64,000 nucleotides of DNA from the human T2T-CHM13v2.0 reference genome, Homo sapiens: the NCBI RefSeq assembly GCF_009914755.1, contig NC_060943.1; one strand, written 5' to 3'. How positions within the stretch are numbered: position 1 is the stretch's first letter; each line of letters begins with the position of its first letter. A program made the position numbers and the translations under genes. Of the stretch, positions 18,560-43,671 are shown piece after piece. The notes below the pieces were generated by a model, which had not been told where the DNA came from, did no database searches, and was given only the letters and a program-made list of their open reading frames with translations.

Positions 18560-18820
18560 TAAATTTTTTGTATTAAGTGCCTACTGTGTGCCAGGCTTTG
18601 TTCTAATCTAAGCAATGGAGATACAGCAGTGAACCAAACAGACAAGAATTCCTGCCTTCAGAGAGCTAATTTCTAATAAGGAAGACAATGAAAAAGATAT
18701 GTAAGTAAAATATATAATATGTAAGAAAGTAAATTCCAAGGTGAAAAAGATGAAAAAAGGGATGGGGAGCCAGGGAAGGCCCTTCTGAAGTTAACTTTTG
18801 AGTGAAGACCTAAAAGAGAA
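18560..18820 (-). mobile_element. L2 3' fragment
   Basis: agtgcctactgtgtgccaggc...gatacagcagtgaac. Confidence 0.7.
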
Positions 18821-18822
18821 AT

Positions 18823-18849
18823 ATCTATCTATCTGTCTATCTACCTATC

Positions 18850-18897
<48 letters not shown>

Positions 18898-18915
18898 CTC
18901 ATCCATCCATCTATC
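18823..18915. repeat. (TCTA)n/(TCCA)n microsatellite
   Basis: Directly visible. Confidence 0.95.
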
Positions 18916-19529
18916 CAAACTACATATATATACCCACCTATAGACACATTTATATGCCTTTATAGCTAATGGGAAGGAAATCTTTAGTGGTATATATACA
19001 TTTACACTTTATACTTACTAATTTATTCTCATTTTATCATGTCTACATATTTGTGTGTTACATTTTAACACTTGACTCAGATGAATTATGGCCTTTTACA
19101 ATCTAAACAAATTTCACTTAATTATAGTGTATTTAATGTTGGTGCTTAATTGTCAGAATGTAGCCACTGGGGATTAATTTAAGAAAACTCCTTGCTCCCT
19201 CCAGTACATGAATTTTGGACAAAATTGCTGCCATTATGATTGAGCCCGTTTTAGAGATCGCTGGGGAAAAAAATGTTTCCTTTTTAGAACATGGTTTCAT
19301 GCTGATTTCTGGTTCTGTCTCAATATATTTTGTTATACCCTACTAAGATTTTCAACTTTATTCACAAAACTCGAGACAGGGAGGTAATAGATTGGATGGT
19401 GGAGAAAAGTAGATTGCTGGAAGCCATGAGGTGGCGATACTTCACTAACAGAGGAATAAGTCGCCTTCCTGGACAGCTTTCTTAGACAGGTATTTACACA
19501 GCAATTTCTCACATATTCTTTGAGAAAGA

Positions 19530-20572
<1,043 letters not shown>

Positions 20573-21927
20573 TGACTTTTATTAACAGAGGCCAGGAAAA
20601 GAAAAAAATAGGCATAGCTCTTGGTTTTGTTTTTTTTCATTTTGCATTTTTTTTTAGACTTCATAGCACATTATCAAAATAATTTACTGTCACACTAATT
20701 TCTTGATTTGTTCCCCCCCCATCATTCCCAATTCCTATTCTTCATAGGCACACACACAGGTATGTTTGATATACATTCTTAAATGAATGTGCATTCCCAT
20801 AATACGAATGGTACTATGCTACAAATTCATTTTTTTCTAGTGAGAACTGATTTTTAGATTTTTCATGTTTCTCTGTGCACAGTGCTCTAATGCTGTTCAT
20901 CCCTTCTAACATTTGTGTAGTAATTCCTTGTGTATATTTACTACATTTTACTTATCTATTCCTGTAGTGATGGATGCAACTCCTGGCTACCACAAAGAAT
21001 ATTCTTGCAGACTGGAACTAGGTTAGACTATTTGCCTGGCAATTGCCTAGTGGGATAAAGAGTTTTTCGTACACTCAATGTTACCAGGAACAACCAGATT
21101 GCTTTCTAGAATGGCTGCAACTGTTTACATTCTCACCAGCAGCACCTCTTTCTACATCCTTGCAAACACTCGTTCTTTAATGTGTTCATTTGCATTATTA
21201 AGGACTACTGGTGAATTAGAGCACATCTCTGTATACTTGCCACTCACTTGGACACTCTATGAAGTGTTTATTCTTACCCTGTTTATCCCTTATCAAATAA
21301 TTTATCAACTCCATTCATAAAAGTTAAGATTTAGTTGAAAATCCATCTGGCCTTGAGACTTTTTTTTTCCCCTGAAGGAATGTCTCTATATATGACTTCA
21401 GTTTATTAGGTTTATTCAAGTGTATTCATTTTGTTAGGTTATCAACTTTTCTTACAAATAGTCCTTTATAATATTTTTATTATTTTAACTTCATGTTTCT
21501 TATTTGCATCTTTTTCGTTTTCTTATTTGAATCTTTGCTCATTTTTTGAATATCAGCCTTAAAAGAGGTTTATATAACTTATTGATCATTGATCTTTTCA
21601 AAACCCTGTCTCAGTTTTGTTATCCTTTTCTCTTACTTTTTTCTAATTCTCTATTTTATTGATTTCTTTATCTTTATAATTTCTTTTTTGTTTCTTTTAG
21701 TGTGCTGTGTTCCTCTTATTCCACACTTGTAAATTGACAATTTGATTTTTATTTTTGATAAATGTATTTAAAGCTGTAATTTTCCTCTAAGTACTACATA
21801 AGCTATGTCTCACAATTTTGGCGTTTAATGTTTTCATTGTTATTCATTTTCACATGTTTTGTAATTTATGTATTCTTTTTTAATTCAAAAGGCTTGGCTA
21901 TCTTTTTCTAATGCTATTGCAGGATAG

Positions 21928-22324
<397 letters not shown>

Positions 22325-22351
22325 TCCATATACTTTAAAAATAAATGTGAC

Positions 22352-22647
<296 letters not shown>

Positions 22648-23048
22648 GTATAGGTATTACAGGCTTTTGGGGTGTAAATTCCCCGTCTGTTAGCTCAAGC
22701 CAACCAACTATTGGATTTTTCTCAATTTGATAGGTAGAACATGATTTCCCAGTGTAGTTTTAATTTGTTTTTTTCTTATTATGAATGAGTTTGCACTTCT
22801 TTTCTGTGAACTCTCATGATATTTTTGCCCAATTTTCAACTGGACTCTAGCGTTTTTCTTGTATAGCAGGGAAATTAGCACTTTATGTGAGTTGCAAATA
22901 TTTTCTTCCAGTTTGCTATTTGTCTTTTGAATTTGTTTATGGTCCTTTTGCCATGAAAAATTGATAATATTATCTAATTTGCCAGTTTGTTCCTTTAAGT
23001 CTTCTTAGTTTTGATTCACGTTTAAAAAAAGGCCCTCTGCATCTTGGG

Positions 23049-25668
<2,620 letters not shown>

Positions 25669-25899
25669 CCTGAGATAATTTTAAAATTTTCCCATGATTT
25701 CCTCCTGTTATGTTTTTGCTTTCATTTTTTTCCTTTAATTTTTTTTGTGTGTACAAATCCAACTTTACCCCTCTACAGTTACCTAGTTTCCAATGATCAT
25801 TTACAAATAATTCAACATTTGCCACATATTTGAAATGTCACCTTTAACATATACCTAATTACTACATGTATTTGGGTACATTCATGTATTTCCTATTCT

Positions 25900-27740
25900 G
25901 TTGCAATAATTTGTTCAAGTCTACTGTCTGCTTGTTTCTTGAGAGAAGAGTTTTGAAATCTCTGCTATAATTATGAATTTGTCCATTTCTCTTTTTTTGT
26001 TCCATCAGTTTTTGCTTCATGTATTTTGGAGTTTTTTTGACTAAATGCATAAACGTTTGGGATTGTTATGTACTGTTAATTGATCCTATTGTTACAAAAT
26101 GACATTCTTTGTCCCTGTTAATATTCTTAGCTCTCAAATCTACTTTGATAGTGGTATATCTACTCCAGCTTAGTATTTTTTAATTTTTCAGACTGGGTCT
26201 TGCTCTGTCACCCAGGCTCGAGCCCAGTGGTGCAATCACAGCTCACTGCAGCCTCGACCTCTGGGCTCAAGTGATCCTCTCACCTCACCCTTCGGAGTAG
26301 CTGGAACCACAGGCACACACCACCATGCCTGGCTAATTTTTTGATTTTTTATAAAGACGAGGTCTCCCTGTGTTGCCAGGCTGGTCTTAAACTGGGCTCC
26401 TGCCTCAGCCTCCCAAAGTGTTAGGTTTACAGGCGTGAGCCACAGCACCTGGTCTACTTCAGCTTTTTAAAATTAGCATTAGCATGGTATATCTTTTTCT
26501 TTTTTTTTGTTTTGCTTTTAACCTATTTATATTTTAATATAACCTTATTTATTATAATTTAAATATGACCTTTGTAATTTAAATATAACCTTTATAGTTA
26601 AAATGGGCATCATATAGTTGGGTGTTTTTTTAATTCAGCCTGAAGATCTCTGTTTATTGGGATGTTTAGACCATTTACACATTTTATATAATTTATTGAG
26701 TAAAAATCACATAATATGAAAGTAATCATTTTAAAGTGAACAATTCAGTGGCATTTAGTACATTCACAGTGTTGTGCAATAGCCACTTCTAATTCCAAAA
26801 CACTTCGATCATTCCAAAGGAAAACCTCTTACCAATTAAGCACTTTCTCCCCCATTCTCCCCTTCCTCTATTCCCTAGTAACCACTAATCTGTGTTCTTT
26901 CTCTATGGATTTATTTATTTTAGGTATTTCATATAAATTGAATCATGCAATATGTAACCTTTTGTATCTACTTTCTTTAGCATAATGTTTTGCAGCTTCA
27001 TCCATGTTGTGGCGTTATGCATACTCCATTCTTTTTTATGGCTGAATAATATTCCATTGCATGAATTACCACACTGGTAATTTTGTCTATTTGGTAACTT
27101 TCATCTATTTGGTAACCTGGTAACTTTATTCATCTGTTGATGGACATCTGGGTTATTTCCACCTTGTGGCTATTGTAAATAGTGCTGCTATGAACATGTG
27201 TGTGCATGGTCTTGTATTCAGTTCTTTTGGGTATATACCTAGGGGTAGAATTATTAAGTCATACGGTAATTCAATGTTTAGCTTTCTGAGGAACTGCCAA
27301 ATTGTTTTCTACAGTGGCTGAACTATTTTACATTCCCACCAGCAATGTATCAGTTTTCCAATATCTTCACATCCTCACTAACACCCAGTTTCCTTTTTTT
27401 GATTATTGCCATTCTAGTAGATGTGAAGTGGTACCTTATTGTGGTTTTCATTTACATTTCACTAATGACTAATAAGGTCAAACATCTTTTCATATGCTTA
27501 CTGGTCATTTGTATATCTTCTTTGGCTAGATGTCTACTCATGTCTTTTACCCAAAGTCTAATTTTGTTGTTTGTCTTTTCATTGTTGAGTCATAAAGAGA
27601 TCTTAATATGTATTAGATAATAGACCTTTATCCTATACCTAATTTGCAAATATTTTCCTCCATCTTTAGGCTATCTTTTTACTGTCTTCATAATGTCCTG
27701 TGATGCATCACAGTTTCTAATGTTTATGAAGTGCAGTTTA
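25900..27740 (-). mobile_element. Old L1 fragments (L1MB-like 3' end about 26690-27740) with AluJ 26175-26453
   Basis: ttttatggctgaataatattccattg, ttacattcccaccagcaatgta and similar motifs. Confidence 0.75.
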
Positions 27741-28779
27741 ACAAATGAGATGTGAGCAAAAGGGATGAGTGTAATTTCTGGACTGCAACCCTAGAAAGCA
27801 CTGTGCCTGCTTCCTCTGCCCTCTCCTGCCCTATTGGCTGGGAGATGCTGAGAGTTTTAACATCCCCCTTTGCCCCAAAGATGGATACTACTCACTATGG
27901 AAGGCAGAGCTATCCCACCAGCCCTGGACTGCTCAGCCCTAGATTCTTACACGAGGTACAAATAAATATATGGTATTCAGGTCATTGAATATGTATTTTG
28001 GGGTCTTTACTATATCAGCTTAACCTATACTCTAATTTTACAACTCCAGTGTGCCATACAAATAGTACCATTTTCTGGTTGTGCCATGATGAAGGCTGGG
28101 AAGCACTATGACCTGGACCATTTGTTCTTGGTCCCTTTTGCTGACCCTTCCTTCTCACTGCCATCAAGAGGGCAATCCTTTCCTCCACACCATCCAGGTA
28201 ATTAGCTTATAGTGGTCCCAAAGATAAAGGTCGAATACCCCAGCTCTTGCAGAAAATTTGAGCATATGTTGGCCATAGGAAGCCATTGCCTTGCCTTGGG
28301 TAGCACCTGGGATAAAGGTTGGTGAGCCCTGGTGCTGGAAATCCCCAAATATGGCCCCTTCCAGGGGCCCGACACCCATGAAAGACTGTACTTGCATCAT
28401 GGGTTGTCCTGACATAGAGTTCCCTCTCCCTTCCTAGCTGGGAGTCAGGAGTTCCACCTCCTCCAAAGACAGACATTTTCATTGTTGTTCCCTCAAGTCC
28501 TCACGGTCACTTTCTCCTGCTCTGGCTGGCTTGGGACAAAACTGAACCTCCCAGTTTATCTTCCAGCCTCTGAGCTCCGTTATGATACAGTGAGCTGCCA
28601 AAATTAAGGTGAACTGCAGATCTAACTTCTTTGCTTGTCGGTCCCCTTGGACATGCATCCTCAGAGCGCTCCTCTCCCAGGAGGAGCCTCCCACCCCTGG
28701 GGCTTCCTCACAGCAGCACCTTCGAGCTGAGGTGGTGGGCAGGAGCTCCTTGGAACCCTCCCTTCCTCCATCCGAAGAG

Positions 28780-29580
28780 CTTGTTCCTTTCCACCTCTGA
28801 CTTCGGTGTCCTCTGCTCCTCCTCTCCCGGCATCGCCCCTTCCCTGTGCAGGGGCAGCGATTGGGGCCTCAGCCTTAGTTCTTCCAGCTGGACCCTGGGA
28901 TGGTGCGGGGCTGTGGCTCTGGGAAGTATCTTGGCCTGCACGCGGTTTACATCATTGGGAGCACAGGCCTCGCCCTCCGAACTACGAGGCCCAGAGCCCT
29001 TCGCGCCGAGCGTTTCCCGCCTTTCCCCTGTCTCAAGTCATTGCCCAGAGGCCACTGCGGGCCGTTCCTGCCTGTCCGTGGAGCTGCGGCCCCCGTGTTC
29101 CCAGGGTGAACGAGCACGTGCGAGGCGGTGGTGCTTGTATCCGGGATAACCAGGTAGGGCGGCTGCATGCTTCATAGAGGCCAGCCTGTGCCGACCGGGA
29201 GCTGTAGGACGGTCTGTGTCTGGGGCTGCTTATGGGTATTCGCGTGCGTCTGCCGGTGCGCGGTCCGAGCCTACTCACGAGAGCGTGTGTGTGTCTTCTG
29301 TCTCGTGTTGCTATGAGGTTTGCATCTGTGTGGCTGGAATAGCTTGTTTGTGGGGGCCCGCGCGTGACCTGTGTGTGCGTTACTGTGTGTGTCTCAGGCA
29401 GGATAGTGACGGGCCGTGTGACTGTGACGCCATCATCAGGTTGGTGAGATGGCGTGACCGCGTGCTGCCTATCAGTCTCCTGTATGTTCCTCCACCATCT
29501 ATCTTGATATTCAGCCTGTGATAGTCTTTGGTCAGCTTCCATGCCTGGGAGGCTTTTTTGGCCAGCCACGCCCGGCTGTT
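28780..29580 (+). promoter_or_regulatory. CpG-rich island resembling a KZFP promoter / first exon
   Basis: High CpG density outside any recognisable repeat; GAACTACGAGGCCCAG (28979, ZNF143/SBS-like), TTTCCCGC (29013, E2F-like), CACGTG (29115), CAG|GTAGGG donor (29153/29154), then GT-rich sequence. Confidence 0.6.
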
Positions 29581-29645
29581 AAATTGTGACAAAGTGGTAT
29601 AAAGCACTGCTTGCACAGGGTCATGGATTAAAAGGGTAACGTCTG

Positions 29646-30104
<459 letters not shown>

Positions 30105-31347
30105 TCACTCCCTCTGTTCCTCTCTTCCTGCAGAGGTAACTACTATAATGGATTAGAAAAGTATCCTTCCCGTATATTTCCTTAGAATTTTAGTGCATAT
30201 ATCCCTAAACAATATTTTCTGGATTTCATTAATGCCGAAGTGTAAATTTTAACATTCGGATATCAGAATACATCTTACGGTTGCTAAAGTGTCGTATTTT
30301 AATGATGTATTTCTTACTTGCACATGAAATAATAGTGTGTCAATAATTGATAACATCTTAGCATCCTTGAAATATAGTATTACTGTTTTGCCTGATTTTG
30401 AAATGTATTTAAGTATTATATAATATATATTCTTCTACAGCTTGCTTTTTACCTTCAACATATTTGTGCAATTTATTTGTGCTTGATATTTATAGCTTTG
30501 TTTATAAAACAATGGTAATTGTTTTATAAATAATCTATTTTCATTCTCCTGTTGGTAGATACTACAGTGTCGCTATAACACTGCTGTTAATGTGTGAAAG
30601 AGGTTTTATTGGTTCATACCTAGAAGTGAATTTTTTGGGAGTTGGCGGTATAGTTGTCCTCAGCCTCACTAATATTGTTAGTTAACATTCCCACTATTAA
30701 TGTATGAGTTCATTTTTCCATTTGATTCTTTCCTTCACCAATCCCTATTGTCAGGTGTTTTTTCCAAAGACTAATTTTTTTAGAGCAATTTTAGGTTCAC
30801 AACAAAATTAGGCAGAAAGTACAGAGATTTTCCATATGCCTTCCCCCAAAACCTGGATGGCCTCCCCCATTCTCAACACCTCCCATCAGTGTGGTATATT
30901 TGTTATAACTGATGAATCTACATTGATACATTGTTATCACTCAAAGTCCATAGGGTTCACTGTTGGTGTTGTACAGTCCATACAGCATAAACCTGTAGCA
31001 TAGAAGTTTTGGCATGCTCCCTGGGGCGAACCACAAGTCAAAGGGTGAAGTGGGAGAGGGAAGAAAAAACTGAACCTGTCATAATCCCTATCACTCAGTG
31101 TTTTTAAGATAATCCTTTCCCCAAATTGTACTTTCATCTACACAAAACTATGCAGGGTCAATTCATGAGACTCACCACTTGCTCTACAGTATGATTTCCA
31201 ATCTTTTAGTCAAAGGAAGCACAGGTCTCTGAGTCTGTTGAAGAGATTCAAATCCTAAACACAACTCAGCCTGGTTGTGGCCCTGGTCATTTTAATTTTT
31301 ATATTCTGTCTCTCTTAAATAGAGACAAGGTCTCTCCCTCTCTTTTA

Positions 31348-32674
<1,327 letters not shown>

Positions 32675-32677
32675 TTA

Positions 32678-32962
32678 AATAGAAACAGGGTCTCACTCTC
32701 TTGTCCAGGCTGGAGCACAGTGGCATGACCATAGCTCACTGCAGCCTCGAACTCAAAGAACTCCCAGCCTCTACTGATCCTTCCACCTCAGCCTCCCAAG
32801 TAGCTGCACCACCATGTCCAGCTATTTTTTTTTTTTTTTAACTTGTAGAGACAGGGTTGTGACTTGTTGTTCAGGCTGGTCTTAAACTCCTGAGCTCAAG
32901 CAATCTTCCCACCTTGGCCTTTCAAAGTGCTGGGAATACGAGTGTGAGCCACCGCGCTGGGA
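32678..32962 (-). mobile_element. AluJ
   Basis: Alu consensus. Confidence 0.9.
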
Positions 32963-33194
32963 CTCATTTAATTTTATAAAGAACATATATTCTACCACCC
33001 TATTCTACTGTCAGAATTTTATTAAAATTACCTGTGTTCTTTTCATACCATAGATTAGACCTAAAATGGATTCCCACTTCACCCCCTACTGCTGCTTTGA
33101 TTCCTGTTTCCCTGCACATACAGTGGGCCACACCTGCAAAAATCACAAGGCTGACTTCAGGAATCAGTTTTGATCTTCGCTGTTGTACCTTAAA

Positions 33195-33425
33195 ATTTTT
33201 TTTAACTTTTATTTTAGATTCAGGGAGTACATGTACAGGTTTGTTACATGGATATATTGCATGATACTGAGGTTTGGGGTACAAATGATCCTGTCACCCA
33301 GATGGTGAGCATGGTACCCACTAGGTAGTTTTTTAGCCCTTACCCCACTCCATCCCTCCCCCCAGTAGTCCCCATTGTCTATTGTTCCCATCTTTATGTC
33401 CATGTGTACCCATGTAGTACCCTTA
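33195..33425 (-). mobile_element. L1PB/old L1PA 3'-end fragment (a second similar one lies at 33866-34010)
   Basis: gtacatgtacaggtttgttacat...tgaggtttggggtacaaatgatcctgtcaccca. Confidence 0.8.
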
Positions 33426-33517
33426 TTAACTGTGTTGTGGAGCTTACACATGAGAAAGGCACTTTCTTGGATTCGTGTACATGGCTCAAGAGAAAATGGT
33501 TAGAACTGATAGAGACC

Positions 33518-33601
33518 CTGCCAGGCCGGTAGCTCATGCCTGTAATCCCAGCACTTTGGGAGGGCGAAGGCGGGTTAATCACTTGAGGTCGGGAGTTTGA
33601 G
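33518..33601 (+). mobile_element. 3'-truncated tail-less Alu with TSD
   Basis: About 80 bp of left monomer between two copies of agaactgatagagacc. Confidence 0.85.
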
Positions 33602-34129
33602 AACTGATAGAGACCTTAATTACCTGGTCGCTGTTTTTTCAACTGGGATTCCAGGAAGGAATCTCTGGTTAGATCCCACAGTATTCACAACTGATCCTTC
33701 CTGCTGTTGACTGATGGGAGCAAAGCTCCACCCAGATTACCTATCTCAATTAGGTTCTTTGAAACTCAGGCCACGTTAGGGATAAAAACAATGGAATTCT
33801 ATCTGTACAAGTGACTGTTACTCTAGTATAGGGCAATCCCATTTCTCCTTTAAATATCATCTCTTTTTTAAAAATTTTTAGAGTTGGGGGTACATGTGCA
33901 GGTTACCTGGGTATATTGTGTGATGCTGAGGTCTGGGGTATAAATGACCCTGCCACCCACGTACTGAGCACGATACCCACTGGTTACTTTTTCAATCCTT
34001 GCCCCCTTTTATGTTTTCATTGACTCTTATGTTTTGGTCTTTGAAGATTGCTTAACTGATTTTCTCCCAGAAGTCAGCTTTAAAATCCCATTCCAGAAGC
34101 TTACTGACAATTTATAAGGCCAGAAAAGT

Positions 34130-36032
<1,903 letters not shown>

Positions 36033-36669
36033 TGAATTTTTCACATCCACTGGGCCCTTACCTGGCATACATAAAATCACCAGCATCTGCATCCCCATTT
36101 ATTGATCCAGAAACAAAGAAAAGCTTTGTTGAGATATATAGAAATTGCTTCTACTCTAACACCAATAACTATTCTTGGCTTGATATATTAGAATGTAAAC
36201 TATATTTTACAGTATGCATGAATGGTCTCTTTCCTTCACTCCAAAACCAACCCAAATGAAGGTGGATTTCTTTCCCCAAATGGATAGCCAATTATCCCAA
36301 TAATAAAATAATTGTTTTGTTTCTATACTCAACTAGAAAAAAATTTGAGTTTAAAATTAAAAATTGGCCTCAAATAAATGCGAAAATACTGCTGATTTTA
36401 TTATTCCAATTAACATGAAGAGACAGTAAACAAAATAATACCTTGTCAGGTATGTTTTGTGTAAAGACAATCTTCTATAAATGTTAGTATCTGATCAAGA
36501 ATAAAAATCCATTTTAAAATTATTTCTCCAGGCCCAGGTTTCCCCCACCCATTTGATTCTTATTTTTGAGAAATTAGGAAAATAAAAGCAAGAAAAAACA
36601 ATTTTAAAAACCCATATAATTAATTTGGACAACCAGATTTGTCACCACTGTCATATTTGCTTTCACTCT

Positions 36670-36675
36670 TTTATT
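36670..36675 (-). terminator. Candidate poly(A) signal of ZNF569
   Basis: TTTATT on + (AATAAA on -) about 1.4 kb past the stop; other hexamers exist nearby. Confidence 0.5.
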
Positions 36676-38095
36676 AAAGAAATATTACAGATAAATATAA
36701 CAACTCCCACCAAACCTTTCCCACATCCCAAAAGGCAACCAAGTCATATATGGATCCATGACCAATACACAGTACTGTTCTTTGCAAGATCTTATTAAAT
36801 TATACAAATGTTATACTGTGTTCCTTTGTGCATTTTAATTTTTTCTCTCAATATTATATATTGTAATCTATCCATATAACTATAGGTAGATTTTGTTTCT
36901 AAATTCTGTATTTTATCACAGAAATGATCACACTTATTCATCTATTCCACAATTGATAAAAATTTGTTATATCCAATTTTGGGCAATACAAACCATGATT
37001 CAGGAACACAGTGATATATATCTCTTTGTGTACATTTGTGGGTGCCTGTGAGGCCAATACACCAAAATTCAACAGACTATTCCATGTTTACATGTTTTTT
37101 AAAGAAATCTTGTTACCCTAAAGTAACGGATTCTACTTTCATCATAGTTTTAAAATTTTGCTTTTTATATTCTGGTCTTTAGTTGGATTTTATTTTTGTA
37201 TATGATATAAAGTAGAAAGCTAAAATTTTTCTCCTATGAACCTTCCATTTATTAAATAAGCCATTCATTCCCCAGTGATTTCAATAGCACTGTCATACAC
37301 AGAATTCCTGTATCTTCTTGGATTTTTGTATGAATGCTCACTATCTTACTACTGCTTGATTTATTCACTTGGTAATACATTGTTTAAATGACAGCAGCTT
37401 TAAATAAGTACATGATATATCTAATAATAGAGTGTGTCTTCTCTACTTGCTTTGTCAAGTTTGTTTCAGCTATTTGTGTTTCTTTACTTTTCCACATAAA
37501 ATTTTTGGATAAGTTTGTGAAGTTCCTTAAAATAAAACTGATGTAAACTTCAGAAGTATATTAAACTTAGTGATTTGGGAGAGAAATTATATTTTTACAA
37601 TGTCAAGTCTTTTCAGACAAAATATCATTTTTCAGGTGTTCTTTTGTGCCTTTCAACATATTTTATAACTTGATAAAGACCTAACTCATTGTTGTGTTTA
37701 TTCTTAGGTTTTCTATCAACACATTTTCTAATTATTTCTTGTATAAAAGTTATTTTTATAGTTCTTCGTTGATACTTGTTTTCCTTACTTAATACATTGG
37801 CTAGGAGCTCAAGTGTTGTGTTGTTATGCTGATGGAAGATACCTTGTTTCAGATTTCAATGAGAATGCTGATTAAATATTATCAATAAGATGTCTGCTGA
37901 AAGTTTCTGGTAACAGCTTTTTCATTATATAATTTGTCACCTTGGAAGAATTCTCTAATGTTTCATAAATTTGTGGCTTTTTCAGAAGGCTATCCCACAT
38001 TCATAGTTTTCTACTCTGGAAGTGATCATGTAATGTGCAATGAGGTGTTAATTCCTTCAGATGGCCTTGCCATATTCACAATATTCATAGGGTTT

Positions 38096-40051
<1,956 letters not shown>

Positions 40052-41065
40052 TCAACTGCATATATCTCTTATCTCTGAAGTTCTGAGAAGGAAATTCAGG
40101 AAAGGAAATATGAGTAGAGGCATATATTTATAAATACAAATAGCTTTGATTGCTTTAAAAAATGATCTGATAGAAAACAAATAGGTAAATAAATAGGAAA
40201 TGCAGAATGTACAAATGAAGTAAGAAGAAATAATGATAGAGAAAAAACAAAAACAGGAAGCTAAAAAGTATAAGATCATTTTGCGGGACTCTATTAAAAT
40301 ACATTTTTATAATCTAAACACTTTTCTGGATTGTAAATTACTAAAACTGACACTACAAGATGCAAAAAACTTATCTAAACCAATTTCCATAAAATGAAAA
40401 GAAATATGAAAAGTAATTCCCTAAAACAAAAAGGAAAAACCCAGAGATCCACATGAAAATTCTAACAGATTTTAAAGGACAACTCCTATGCTGTCTAAAA
40501 TGTTGTGAAAGAAAAAAGACAAAAATTCCTGATGTTTTTGTGTATGAAACATATATTAATACCAAAACCTGACAAAGATGACACACCAAAAAAGCAAACT
40601 ATCCGATTTCATTTATGAAAACCATTGTAAAAATTCTATGTAAAACATCAAAATGACCCAAAAGGAAAAAAGTGACCCAGAAGCACATTAAATATAAAAT
40701 ATATCATATTTGAGTTGAGTACATTTTTTCCAGGGATACGTTTCGATAATAGAAAGTATATTACTATAAATAAATTAATGAAAAATGTCAAGTAATGACA
40801 TTTGAAAAAATGAAAAAATCAAGTAATCATTTCTGTAGATATTAAGATAATAAAACTCAACATCTATTTTTCATTTAAAAATCCTTTATATAAAATAGGA
40901 ACAAATAACATTTAATTTGAGAATAAAGTACAGTACAGCCCAAACACCAGCACTTTACTTAATGGAAAACATCCAGAAGCATTCACATTAAAGTCAGAAA
41001 TAAGAAAAGATGAGTTGTCACCACTCATTGCAGTACTAGGTAGTACAATTAAATAAGAGAAATAA

Positions 41066-41778
<713 letters not shown>

Positions 41779-41926
41779 AGGAAAAGAAAATGAAAATTAA
41801 CATTATTTGTCAGAAACAAAACTGTTTACCTGAAAAATCAAGTCATCTGAACAATTGTGAAAAGTAAGAAATTCACTACATATGAATTGATATTTATTTT
41901 TAAAAACCTTCATATACAAACAACTA

Positions 41927-42242
41927 CAGTCATCCCTCATTATCTATTGGGGACTGGTTCCAGGACCTCCCGTGGATACCAAAATCCATGGATGCTCAAT
42001 GCCTTACATAAAATGATAAAAGTATTTTCTTATAACTTATGTGTATCTTTCTGTATACTTTAAATAATCTCCAGATTACTTATAATACTGAATACAATAT
42101 AAATGCTATGTAAATCATTGTTATACTATAATTTAAAATTTGTATTATTTTTTATTGTTGTATTGTTATTTTTTGTTGCTTTTTTCCCCTGAATATTTTC
42201 AATTTGTAGTTGCAGAAAGCATGGATAGAAAGGGCTGACTAT
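41927..42242. mobile_element. MER2 (Tigger-derived)
   Basis: ta-cagtcatccctc...tggttccaggacc...ggataccaaaatccatggatgctcaa. Confidence 0.8.
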
Positions 42243-42377
42243 ATTTAGAAATTATAGAATTAAAAACTACATTTACAATGACAACAAAAAGTATGAAAAA
42301 TATACAAAAATAAAAAATGTCCAAAAACCATATGAAGAAAAGTTTAAAATGAACACACAGACTTGAACAAATAGAAT

Positions 42378-43112
<735 letters not shown>

Positions 43113-43313
43113 AAAAAGGCATTAAAGCATTTTAGACAAGAAAATTCAATGGCATAAAGATGACATTCGTAAGTTAATATATCAGTTTAAAGCGGTTTCA
43201 ATAAAAATGTTTGAAAATAGCTCAAAGGAAAATGATACTGGGGGTTGCCACCATAGAAGGGAAAAATGTGTAAGAGAAGAATTACTTTTCAACATATATC
43301 CTTTTGTACTTTA

Positions 43314-43671
<358 letters not shown>

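Noticed and set aside
28631-29569. 172-aa and 178-aa ORFs over the CpG-rich region
   Set aside because: Stop-poor GC-rich DNA, non-ATG starts, no recognisable domain.
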